A DNA stretch of 63,256 bases, counting the filler, from Octopus bimaculoides (Eukaryota), in assembly GCF_001194135.2 (NCBI RefSeq). It is 5 parts of 4 records of this genome, joined end to end, with 100 filler letters (N's around TTAATTAATTAA, not from the genome) between each part and the next. Parts side by side here need not be neighbours in the genome. Positions count along the whole stretch, not along the records: positions 53,662 to 62,140 come from NC_069009.1; positions 62,241 to 63,256 come from NW_026297180.1; 3 more parts are not named here. The stretch is one strand, 5' to 3'. The translations under genes were made by a program, and so were the position numbers. Shown here piece by piece: positions 53,807-63,256 of this stretch. Every line of letters starts with the position of its first letter. Positions within the stretch are counted from its first letter, which is position 1. The notes beneath the pieces are model-generated. The model worked only from the letters and a program-made list of their open reading frames with translations. It made no database searches and was not told where the DNA came from.

Positions 53807-54682
53807 TCACAACGATATGGTTTTTTTCTCAGTGTGAATACATTTGTGACTAGTTAACTGGCTACGTGAAGAAAATGATTTACCACAGATGTCACAATGA
53901 TAGGGCTTCTCTCCTGTATGAATGCGTACGTGATTAGTTAAAGCACCATTTGTATAGAATGATTTACCACAGATATCACAGCAATATGGCTTTTCACCTG
54001 TATGAATACGTTTGTGAGTTTTCAAGTTATAGGCTGCAGAAAATGATTTACTACAGATATCACAATGATATGGCTTCTCCCCTGTATGTGTACGTTTGTG
54101 TTTAGTCAAGTTAGAGCTTACAGAGAATGATGTGCCACAGATGTCACAGTGATATGGTTTCTCTCCTGTATGCATACGTCTGTGTTTAGTTAAATCAACA
54201 GATTCATAGAACGATTTACCACAGACATCACAGCAGTACGGCCTGTCTCCTGAATGAATGCGTTTATGTATTATGAAAGAATTGCTGCCAGAGAATGATT
54301 TACCACAGATGTCACAGCAATATACTTTCTCACCAGTATGAATACGCATGTGCTTATTTAGATTGGATTTTTGAGTTAACGCTTTACCACAGATGTTACA
54401 GCGATAAGCTTTATAACCTGTATGAGTGAGTTTGTGTCTTGTTAAGTGGTAATTTCGACGGAATGATTTTCCACAAATATCACAGGAATATGGCTTATCT
54501 CCTGCATGAATACATTCGTGCCTAGTCAAGCTATCTCTTTCAGAGAATGCTTCATCACAGACATCACACTGGTACGATGATTCTCCTTCCTCTTCCTTTA
54601 AATCACAAACATCAGTCTTTACAGATGCGTTATTACATAATTTTCCTTCCATAGTTTCCCTCCTCTTTTCTACAATATACAT
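53807..54682 (-). CDS. C2H2 (Kruppel-type) zinc-finger protein, 9 tandem fingers, single coding exon
   Basis: 291-aa intact ORF with nine C-x2-C-x12-H-x3-H repeats and TGEKPY-type linkers. Strong acceptor TTTCTTTCTTCTTTCAG at 54827-54843; in-frame stop upstream. The second ATG (54652, MEGKLC) is an alternative start. Confidence 0.93.
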   Translation of the reverse strand: MYIVEKRRETMEGKLCNNASVKTDVCDLKEEEGESSYQCDVCDEAFSERDSLTRHECIHAGDKPYSCDICGKSFRRNYHLTRHKLTHTGYKAYRCNICGKALTQKSNLNKHMRIHTGEKVYCCDICGKSFSGSNSFIIHKRIHSGDRPYCCDVCGKSFYESVDLTKHRRMHTGEKPYHCDICGTSFSVSSNLTKHKRTHTGEKPYHCDICSKSFSAAYNLKTHKRIHTGEKPYCCDICGKSFYTNGALTNHVRIHTGEKPYHCDICGKSFSSRSQLTSHKCIHTEKKTISL

Positions 54683-54981
54683 GTGTTTTCCTTCTGTCCG
54701 TTCTTTTTAGATATTGATACTAATAGACACCAAAGATTCGTTATATGAAGAACATTTTCTTTTAGTCTTTAAAAGATGATGTACATCGATGCAACCAATT
54801 CTTTGATGCCAATGTCATTTGATATTCTGAAAGAAGAAAGAAATTATAGAGTAAGACAGAGAAGATTGTTAACCGTTTAGCATTTAAAGCAGATATTATC
54901 TGGTCGAAGTATTTTACCTATTTTAATGTTCAAACTGCACATGTCTGGCCTCTCACACCTAGCTTACAATGTCTTTCTCAA

Positions 54982-55058
54982 AATAAACAATCACAACGCC
55001 CGTTCTGGGAATCGAAACCGCGAGTCCGCTGCCCTAACCACTGGGCCATTGCGCCTCC
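54982..55058 (-). mobile_element. SINE head fragment (family of 49486)
   Basis: Near-identical to 49785-49866 with a short deletion. Confidence 0.8.
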
Positions 55059-55242
55059 TCTCCACAATCCATAAAGACTTAAAAACAGAACAGGTACAAC
55101 AGGAACGCAGACACAGACAGGAACAAGCACACACACACGCACGTACAACCCATTAGCTCTCCTCCTCTCATTTCGGCAACTGTCATTCGCTTCCACGGAA
55201 ACATCCGGATTATGTCGGGTTTGCGTGTCCCCACCTCCCAAA

Positions 55243-55380
55243 CATCGCATGACAACCAATGCTGGTGTGTTTATGTCCTAGTAACATAGCAGTTCGGCAA
55301 AAGACCCGTTAGAATAAGTTCTAGGCTTACAAAGAATAAGTCCTGAGGTCGGTTTGCTCGACTAAAGGCCGTGCTCCGCC
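55243..55380 (+). mobile_element. 3' half of SINE (family of 40293)
   Basis: CATCGCATGACAACCAATGCTGGTGTGTTT...GACTAAAGG. Confidence 0.85.
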
Positions 55381-55595
55381 TTAGATATACTGCGTTATAT
55401 ATAAACAAAGCTCAATTTTTTAGAACCGTTGAGATGTATTGAAATATACAAGGTATGGAAATGGTTTATCCCCAAACGCAGAATAATGCTGAATAGCATG
55501 AATAGAATAAGCGATCAGCCACGAGACCCTAACTCACATTTCTGTGATTATCGTGTGCGTGTAGTTCTGGAACAGGTGCCCTTCTAAGTCCATAC

Positions 55596-55644
55596 CTCAC
55601 GGGGAAAAAGGGAATAAAAGGTGCCAAAGAGTTGGGGAGGAAAA
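55596..55644 (-). other. Candidate non-coding 5' UTR exon of the 53807-54682 zinc-finger gene
   Basis: 49-nt segment bounded by acceptor TTTTTTACGTTACAG and donor GAG|GTATGG on the gene's strand; sequence only, no transcript evidence. Confidence 0.4.
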
Positions 55645-57229
55645 CTGTAACGTAAAAAAAATGAAATGCAAAATAACAATGCCGTCTTCGTTTCGGAGAG
55701 TACCAAAATAATAATTTATGATTTGTGAAACACAAAATGTTAAATAACAGAAAATTCCTGTTTTTTGCTTTTCTTTTGAGGCATGGGACATCGAGAGAGA
55801 AAATTTCGCTAAAATGTGTATATAGTATCTTACCTGCTATCGATATAAAAGTCAGTGTTTTCGGTGAGATCGTTTAAATTACAATAAACGTCCTTCCAAT
55901 ACCTCAAAAGACAAATCATANNNNNNNNNNNNNNNNNNNNNNNNNNNNNNNNNNNNNNNNNNNNNNNNNNNNNNNNNNNNNNNNNNNNNNNNNNNNNNNN
56001 NNNNNNNNNNNNNNNNNNNNNNNNNNNNNNNNNNNNNNNNNNNNNNNNNNNNNNNNNNNNNNNNNNNNNNNNNNNNNNNNNNNNNNNNNNNNNNNNNNNN
56101 NNNNNNNNNNNNNNNNNNNNNNNNNNNNNNNNNNNNNNNNNNNNNNNNNNNNNNNNNNNNNNNNNNNNNNNNNNNNNNNNNNNNNNNNNNNNNNNNNNNN
56201 NNNNNNNNNNNNNNNNNNNNNNNNNNNNNNNNNNNNNNNNNNNNNNNNNNNNNNNNNNNNNNNNNNNNNNNNNNNNNNNNNNNNNNNNNNNNNNNNNNNN
56301 NNNNNNNNNNNNNNNNNNNNNNNNNNNNNNNNNNNNNNNNNNNNNNNNNNNNNNNNNNNNNNNNNNNNNNNNNNNNNNNNNNNNNNNNNNNNNNNNNNNN
56401 NNNNNNNNNNNNNNNNNNNNNNNNNNNNNNNNNNNNNNNNNNNNNNNNNNNNNNNNNNNNNNNNNNNNNNNNNNNNNNNNNNNNNNNNNNNNNNNNNNNN
56501 NNNNNNNNNNNNNNNNNNNNNNNNNNNNNNNNNNNNNNNNNNNNNNNNNNNNNNNNNNNNNNNNNNNNNNNNNNNNNNNNNNNNNNNNNNNNNNNNNNNN
56601 NNNNNNNNNNNNNNNNNNNNNNNNNNNNNNNNNNNNNNNNNNNNNNNNNNNNNNNNNNNNNNNNNNNNNNNNNNNNNNNNNNNNNNNNNNNNNNNNNNNN
56701 NNNNNNNNNNNNNNNNNNNNNNNNNNNNNNNNNNNNNNNNNNNNNNNNNNNNNNNNNNNNNNNNNNNNNNNNNNNNNNNNNNNNNNNNNNNNNNNNNNNN
56801 NNNNNNNNNNNNNNNNNNNNNNNNNNNNNNNNNNNNNNNNNNNNNNNNNNNNNNNNNNNNNNNNNNNNNNNNNNNATATATATATTTTCTATATCTTAAA
56901 GTGAATCAAATATCCGAAAACGAAAGATACTCTAATGCAGTGGTTGTCGACCATTTTTTTCTTTTTTATCTATGAACCACTTTCATAATCATTTAGATTT
57001 GGTGGATCCTCATAGCCATTCGGTGTTTAAAAACTAGTTTTATAGAAACCTGTTTCAAAATTCTTAATTCAGTTTTCCATACATTGACTTGTATGTACAA
57101 AATTTTTTGCCTAAGTTGTGGTAACTACAATAATTTCTATGAACTCTCCATGTGAGTACAGTATATATTTTGACTGAGACACTGCAGCTCGTTGCTTTCA
57201 CTCACAACAATTAAAAAAATGTGTTAATG

Positions 57230-58008
57230 CTGGGGTTTTCAAACTTTTTGACTTGTGGACCCCTTTATATTTCAGGCTTTACCTTAGGGATCCCCTTATA
57301 AACGCTTATGAAATTTATACATAAATATTTGCTTAAAATAACATATTTTTACATTATGTATAAACCAGGGGTTTTCAAACTTTTTGACTTGCGGACCCCT
57401 TTATATTTCAGGCTTTACCTTAGGAACCCCCTTATAAACGCTTATGAAATTTACACATAAATATTTGCTTAAAATAACATATATTTTTACATTTATTTAT
57501 TTAACAGTATTTAACAAAATAGGTTTATTGTCAATTAAAAGATTTTGATTAAAAAACATGTATAAAATCAAATTGTCCATAAAAAGTATTTGCTGTCCAT
57601 GGACCCTCTGTCTTGTCCTTGCGGACCAAAGTTTGAAAACCCCTGCACTAGACCAGGGGTTTTCAAACTTTTTGACTTGCGGACTTTACCTAAGTTGTGG
57701 TAACTACAATAATTTCTATGAACTCTCCATGTGAGTACAGTATATATTTTGACTGAGACACTGCTTATGAAATTTACACATAAATATTTGCTTATGAAAT
57801 TTACACATAAATATTTGCTTAAAATAACATATATTTTTACATTTATTTATTTAACAGTATTTAACAAAATAGGTTTATTGTCAATTAAAAGATTTCGATT
57901 AAAAAACATATAAAATCAAATTGCCCATAAAAAGTATTTGCTGTCCACGGACCCCTGTCTTGTCCTTGCGGACCCCCTGTGGTCTGCAGACCAGTTTGAA
58001 AACCCCTG
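57230..58008 (+). mobile_element. Cluster of three hAT (Charlie-like) MITE copies
   Basis: TIR CAGGGGTTTTCAAAC...GTTTGAAAACCCCTG. Copies at 57230-57357 (partial), 57366-57645 and 57654-58008; the last two are separated by exactly 8 bp (CACTAGAC). Confidence 0.85.
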
Positions 58009-58363
58009 GGTAAATGTTAAACGATGTCTCATTTCCTTATTTCCCTTTTTCATTCTTCACGCAAAATTTAGTGGCTGTCTGTAAATAAAATGTAACCACT
58101 CAAAAGTGGTCGACCCTGACGAAAGATGCTTCTGCCTTCTGACCGAAGCCATCATTTAATCAACTACACTTACATGGTCGGCTACAAACAAAAACTGAAA
58201 TACGCAAAACTTCTCTGAAAATTCATACCCCCACCACTGAATTTTGGATGGGGGGTTATATGGGGTGCTTAAACTAGAATTCCATCTGTGTTATATATGT
58301 AATTATTATCTCTGTTGCTAAAAGGGCGACGAGCTTATAGAATCATTAGCATGCCAGACAAAA

Positions 58364-58910
58364 TTATGAATGGCATTTAATCCGCTTTCTCTTTGGATAT
58401 CTCTCCTTTGTGCAATTAGGTGCTCCTTCTAATTTTAACATCTTTGAGCCTGTCTTATTGCATCTTGTGCTCATCTTTCTTGTCTCACTTCTTGTGATTG
58501 ATATAATAACCTTAATATATTGTTTAACCTTCTTGCATCCAGTTCTTTCTGAGTGACACTGGCTGTTCTTCACCTTTGTCTCTCTCTGGATAATCATCAC
58601 CTTCTGTCTGATTCATTCTCCATAGCAGGTGGACGAGTATATTTAATACAACAAAAGAAGCTTCAAAACAAATGAGTATATCAGTGTGTGTGTACAGTAG
58701 TTCGTTTATACTTCTATACATAACCATACAAAGTCCAAAATTACACAGGATTACATTAACGGCATGCACAGACTTTTTGTTTTTTTCTCCAGTAATGTCT
58801 AAACATTCTCTGTCTCTCACACACTTTACTGCCTGAAAGGGAATAAGATCTCGAGGACAAACTTCAATGCCTTGGCAAAATTCTTCATTCATAAATATTT
58901 ACAAACATCA
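58364..58910 (-). pseudogene. Possible zinc-finger-gene-derived exon with no fingers
   Basis: Acceptor TTGCTGTTTCAG at 58911-58922, ATG 18 nt inside, MNEEFCQGIEVCPRDLI..DITGEK. Weak resemblance to leaders of octopus C2H2 genes (recalled, not searched). Confidence 0.3.
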
Positions 58911-59063
58911 CTGAAACAGCAAGTATTTGTAAATATTTACAATTACCTTCCTTTTATATTTAGCTTTCTTTAAACAGACAACATTACCAATCTTGCCTTC
59001 AATTGAGAATATTTTAATTTTATGTCTTAAAAATTACTACTTGTTTACAGATGGTATGTTCTA

Positions 59064-60544
59064 CAGGGTGCGGCATAAATACTGTTACAAAAGTTCAAAA
59101 CTATTTTTCATAATAATATTCAAAGAATTCTAATGATTTATTTGAGTTAAATGATAGTTTATTATATGTTTTCTTGTATTTCAGAAACTACATATTAAAA
59201 TTTTGTTGCAATGTCTGTTGAATGGAAGAGAAAATTCATCATGGAGCAACATGAGAAGGGCATGCGTCCACCTGAAATATTCAAGTTAGGGAAAAACCTC
59301 AAAATTAACAGAATGTTGATAAAAAGGACGATTGATCGTTACCAGGAAACTTCTTCGATCAAAGATAGACAAAGATCAGGCCGTCCCCGCACCNNNNNNN
59401 NNNNNNNNNNNNNNNNNNNNNNNNNNNNNNNNNNNNNNNNNNNNNNNNNNNNNNNNNNNNNNNNNNNNNNNNNNNNNNNNNNNNNNNNNNNNNNNNNNNN
59501 NNNNNNNNNNNNNNNNNNNNNNNNNNNNNNNNNNNNNNNNNNNNNNNNNNNNNNNNNNNNNNNNNNNNNNNNNNNNNNNNNNNNNNNNNNNNNNNNNNNN
59601 NNNNNNNNNNNNNNNNNNNNNNNNNNNNNNNNNNNNNNNNNNNNNNNNNNNNNNNACAAACATCACCAAGGACTACACGGAGGATATGCAAAAGTGACCT
59701 AAAGTTGTCACCCTATAAACTCCAAAAGAGACAGCTTCTCTCCACGCCCACAATTGAAAAGAGACTCAGCAGAAGCAGACTCTTGTTGAACCGTATTAAA
59801 GATGGCACGCTCCGTAACATCATCTTTAGTGATAAAAAGTTATTCTCAGTTCAACAGTCTCACAATCATCAAAATGACCGAATCCTTGCTAAAAGTATTG
59901 AGGCAATACCTGGTAATGCAGGAAAGGTTTTCAGGACCAAAAAACCAGCATCAGTGATGGTCTGGGCATCCATTTCTGAAACAGGGAAAACTCCACTTGT
60001 TTTTGTCCCTCCAGGAATCAAGATAAACAAAGAACGGTACATCGAGGACATTCTGGAAGGTGCGTTGATACCATGGTGCAATTCAGTGTACGGTGATGAA
60101 GTTTGAACTTTCCAACAAGATGGGGCAACGGGCCACACGTCTCGATTAACACAACAATGGTGTAGAGACAACTGTCCGTCCTGGATCAGCAAAGAAGAAT
60201 GGCCTCCCTCATCACTTGATCTTAACGCTCTTGATTATTCTTTGTGGTCAATTCTGGAGAATGAAGCCTGCTCTTCTCCTTGCCAAAATATTGAAGCTCT
60301 AAAGAAAAAATTGACCAAGTGCTGGGATAAAATACCCTTAGATGTTGTGTGTGCTGCTATAGATGACTTCCCAAAAAGACTTCGTAGTGTTGTGAAGGCA
60401 CAAGGTAAGCATTTTGAATAAAAGTTACACCATATTGTTCCTTGGGCATTTGCAAAGCATATTTTGTAATAGTGGGTTGTTAAATAAATTTTTGTCTGGA
60501 TAAATCTGTGTTTTATTTTGTAACAGTATTTATGCCCCACCCTG
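59064..60544 (+). mobile_element. Full-length maT/DD37D Tc1/mariner transposon
   Basis: 29-bp TIRs CAGGGTG(C/G)GGCATAAATACTGTTACAAAA with one mismatch, TA on both sides, transposase inside. Confidence 0.95.
59211..60421 (+). pseudogene. DD37D transposase with premature stop (middle hidden by a gap)
   Basis: HTH region ending RSGRPRT; IIFSD...FQQDGATGH...WPPSSLDLNALD, with 37 residues counted between the second and third Asp. TGA at 60104-60106 and a frameshift near 59700. Confidence 0.9.
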
Positions 60545-61024
60545 TATTAACTTTGCAACATTTTAAGCAGAAAAATCGTCCAGAAGTCAAACAACCAGAG
60601 AGATACACAAAAAATAATTTCAAGGTGAAAAAATCTTATTTATTCATCTTATATAATGTTATTAATGTTCAAGCGAAAAAATACAAATCAGTATTCATTG
60701 AATCAAAAATGAAAATGTTATTGCTGAGAGAGAGAGAGAGAAAGTGAGAGAAATACAGAGAGTGAAAAAGAGTGAGAGTGTGTCTGTAGATAGAAAGATA
60801 GAGAGAGAGAAAGTGAAAGAGAGGCAGTGTTCATCAATAAAGTGAAAAGGTTTTCATTGAGAGAGAGGTCGAGAGGCACTGTTTGATACCACTCCCTCTC
60901 TCATTGTTATTACCATTTTGTCTCTTTTCTTTTTTAACTCTTACTGACACTGCTATTTCCTTATCAAAAGATTTTAGACAAACTTACAAACAAGCTCATT
61001 ATTACAATAAATTACTAAGAAAGT

Positions 61025-61218
61025 AGCAAGCTAGCAGAACAATGAGCACATCTGGCAAAATACTTAACGGTAATCCATCCATCTTTAAGTTCTCAGTTCA
61101 AATTCCACCAAGGTGGACCTTGTTTCATCCTTTTAGAATCAATAGCATAAATATCAGTCAAGTGCTGGGGTTGATGTAATAGATTTAACTCCCACCCACA
61201 AGCTTCCTGGCCTTGTGT
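61025..61218 (+). mobile_element. tRNA-derived SINE (family of 15363), lying in the 3' flank of the second zinc-finger gene
   Basis: AGCTAGCAGAAC head, GTTCAAATTCC B box, TTTCATCCTTT core. Confidence 0.75.
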
Positions 61219-61353
61219 TAATATTTGCAACCAATAATGTTAGTTATGATTCTGTATAAACACATACACGTTTAGTTAAGTTATAGTTTTGAGAGAATGA
61301 TTTACTACAAGTATCACAATGATATGGCTTCTCACCTGTATGAACACGTTTTG

Positions 61354-62139
61354 TTAATGCTCTCCCACGTGAGAAGAATTTACTACAGATTTCACAATAT
61401 GGCTCTCACCTGTATGGGTGTGCTTGTGCTTAATCAAGCTACTATTATGAGAGAATAATTTACCACAGATATCACAATGATATGGTTTTTCCCCAGTATG
61501 AATACATTTGTGACTTGATAAGTGACTACCTGAAGAAAATGATTTACCACAGATGTCACAATGATAGGGCTTCACTCCTGTATGAATGCGTACATGATTA
61601 GTTAAAGCACCATTTGTATAGAATGATTTACCACAGATATCACAGCAATATGGCCTATCACCTGTATGAATACGTTTGTGCGTTTTCAAGTTATCGGCTG
61701 CAGAAAACGATTTATCACAGACATCACAACGATATGGCTTCTCTCCTGTATGTGTACGTTTGTGTTTCGTCAAGTTAGAGCTTATAGAGAATGATGTACC
61801 ACAGATGTCACAGTGATATGGTTTCTCTCCTGTATGCATACGTCTGTGTTTAGTTAAATCAACAGATTCATAGAACGATTTACCACAGACATCACAGCAG
61901 TACGGCCTGTCTCCTGAATGAATGCGTTTGTGTTTAGTAAAATAACTGCTGCCAGAGAATGATTTACCACAAATGTCACAGCAATATGGCTTCTCTCCAG
62001 TATGAATACGCATATGCATATCTAGGTTGGATTTTCGAGTTAGCGCTTTACCACAGATATCACAGTGATAGGTTTTACCACCTGTATGAGTGAGTTTGTG
62101 TCTTGTTAAGTGGTAATTTCGATGGAATGATTTTCCACA
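61354..62139 (-). CDS. C2H2 zinc-finger protein, paralogue of 53807-54682; 5' end lost in the spacer; at least 9 fingers visible
   Basis: The frame stays open upstream of the track ATG to the gap ([42 protein letters not shown]). It is collinear with fingers 2-9 of the first gene plus one further finger. Confidence 0.92.
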   Translation of the reverse strand, partial: CGKSFHRNYHLTRHKLTHTGGKTYHCDICGKALTRKSNLDMHMRIHTGEKPYCCDICGKSFSGSSYFTKHKRIHSGDRPYCCDVCGKSFYESVDLTKHRRMHTGEKPYHCDICGTSFSISSNLTKHKRTHTGEKPYRCDVCDKSFSAADNLKTHKRIHTGDRPYCCDICGKSFYTNGALTNHVRIHTGVKPYHCDICGKSFSSGSHLSSHKCIHTGEKPYHCDICGKLFSHNSSLIKHKHTHTGESHIVKSVVNSSHVGEH

Positions 62140-62140
62140 A

Positions 62141-62240
62141 NNNNNNNNNNNNNNNNNNNNNNNNNNNNNNNNNNNNNNNNNNNNTTAATTAATTAANNNN
62201 NNNNNNNNNNNNNNNNNNNNNNNNNNNNNNNNNNNNNNNN
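62141..62240. other. Artificial 100-bp scaffold spacer
   Basis: 44N-TTAATTAATTAA-44N. Confidence 0.95.
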
Positions 62241-62333
62241 GGGTATAGTTGAAGGTACTTGTCACGCCGTGAGACTGAACCCTGAATTATGTGGTCGGGA
62301 AACAAACTTCTTACCACAGAGCCACGCCCGCAC
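62241..62333 (-). mobile_element. SINE 5' head (family of 40293)
   Basis: Reverse complement GTGCGGGCGTGGCTCTGTGGTAAGAAGTTTGTTTCCCGACCAC. Confidence 0.75.
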
Positions 62334-62577
62334 TTATGTTAAAGTTCATAGAATTTTTCGCGTTGCCATTTTATAATGTATTTGCGATATTTCGTATTTT
62401 TTGTTACTAGCACCTGAAATTTGGTGAATAAGTGTATGTAAAACAGCTTCGTTACATTTTGTATTTCGAAGTATATTTTGCAAGTGCTAATGTGAGACAT
62501 TTTGATGGAGTGGGGTATCAGTAAATGCACTCCGTTGGTGACATTTATAATTTATATCGTAACAATTGGCAATTGTG

Positions 62578-62668
62578 AATATTGTTGTTGTTGTTGTTGT
62601 TGTTCTTCTTCTTCTTCTTCTTGTTCTTCTTGTTTTTCTTGTTCTTCTTGTTCTTCTTGTTCTTGTTC

Positions 62669-62703
<35 letters not shown>

Positions 62704-62760
62704 CTTCTTCTTCTTCTTCTTCTTCTTCTTCTTCTTCTTCTTCTTCTTCTTCTTCTTCAT
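62578..62760. repeat. Compound (GTT)n/(CTT)n microsatellite
   Basis: Visible directly. Confidence 0.95.
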
Positions 62761-62912
62761 GTCCCTCTCCTCCCCCTCTCATATATATATATATGTATGT
62801 AGCCTATCTTATCAATCAGTTTCGCGCCAGGGATTCATCGGAGCGTTAGGTAACAGTCCGATTATGTAACACTGCGCTCATCGGAGGTGGCCGTTATGGA
62901 ATGAAGTATAGT

Positions 62913-63234
62913 GAAACGCGTGGCTTAGTCGTTAGGGCATTCGGTTCACGATCGTAAGGTCGTGAGTTCAATTCCCGGCGACGCGTTGTATCCTTTAGCA
63001 ACGCACTTTATTCATGTTGCTCCAATCCACTAACCTGGCAAAAATGAGTAGTACCTGCATTTCAAAGGGCCGGCTTTGTCACACTTTTACGTCACGCTGA
63101 ATCTCCCTGAGAACTTCGTTAAGGGTACATGTGTCTGTGGAGTGCTCACCCATTTGCACGTTAATTTCACGAGCAAGTTCTTCCGTTGATCGTATCAGCT
63201 GGGGCCCTTGACGTCGTAACCCACAGAGTGCTCC
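62913..63234 (+). mobile_element. tRNA-derived SINE with its own head and middle but the 3' domain of the 49486 family
   Basis: A box TGGCTTAGTCG, B box GAGTTCAATTCC. 63050-63234 aligns to the reverse complement of 49490-49670. Confidence 0.85.
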
Positions 63235-63256
63235 TTAATATATATATATATATATA

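Noticed and set aside
59040-59059. TTTACAG|ATG|GTATGT as a 3-nt microexon
   Set aside because: It is on the strand opposite the nearby genes with no supporting exons, and such short matches are expected by chance.
1213-63256. Many long ORFs in the track (poly-HT, CV, YI, poly-D/M/K/L, X-runs)
   Set aside because: They are translations of microsatellites or N gaps, with no coding signal.

Overview
AT-rich, microsatellite-dense eukaryotic DNA, most likely from an octopus genome (inferred from the SINE families and the style of the C2H2 genes). Four identical 100-bp spacers (44 N + TTAATTAATTAA + 44 N) split the window into five blocks (1-20279, 20380-44136, 44237-53561, 53662-62140, 62241-63256), which may not be neighbours in vivo. 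The only host protein-coding genes I can support are two tandem, minus-strand C2H2 zinc-finger paralogues (53807-54682; 61354-62139, 5' end lost in a gap). Most other recognisable sequence is decayed mobile DNA: HERO-, RTE- and R4/Dong-type LINEs, a Penelope-like fragment, a Mag-like Gypsy element with two LTRs, mariner and two maT (DD37D) elements, hAT MITEs and at least four tRNA-derived SINE families. The most unusual items are: a ~130-170 aa ORF inside one Gypsy LTR; a fold-back built from a tRNA-headed element; a ~300-bp hairpin in (TA)n; a hammerhead-ribozyme-like core; R4/Dong LINEs stacked in each other's microsatellite tails; an hAT MITE that captured flanking DNA; and substitutions enriched at DNA-contact positions between the two zinc-finger genes. 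All calls are by eye without database searches, and repeat boundaries are approximate. I found no clearly new multi-gene system.
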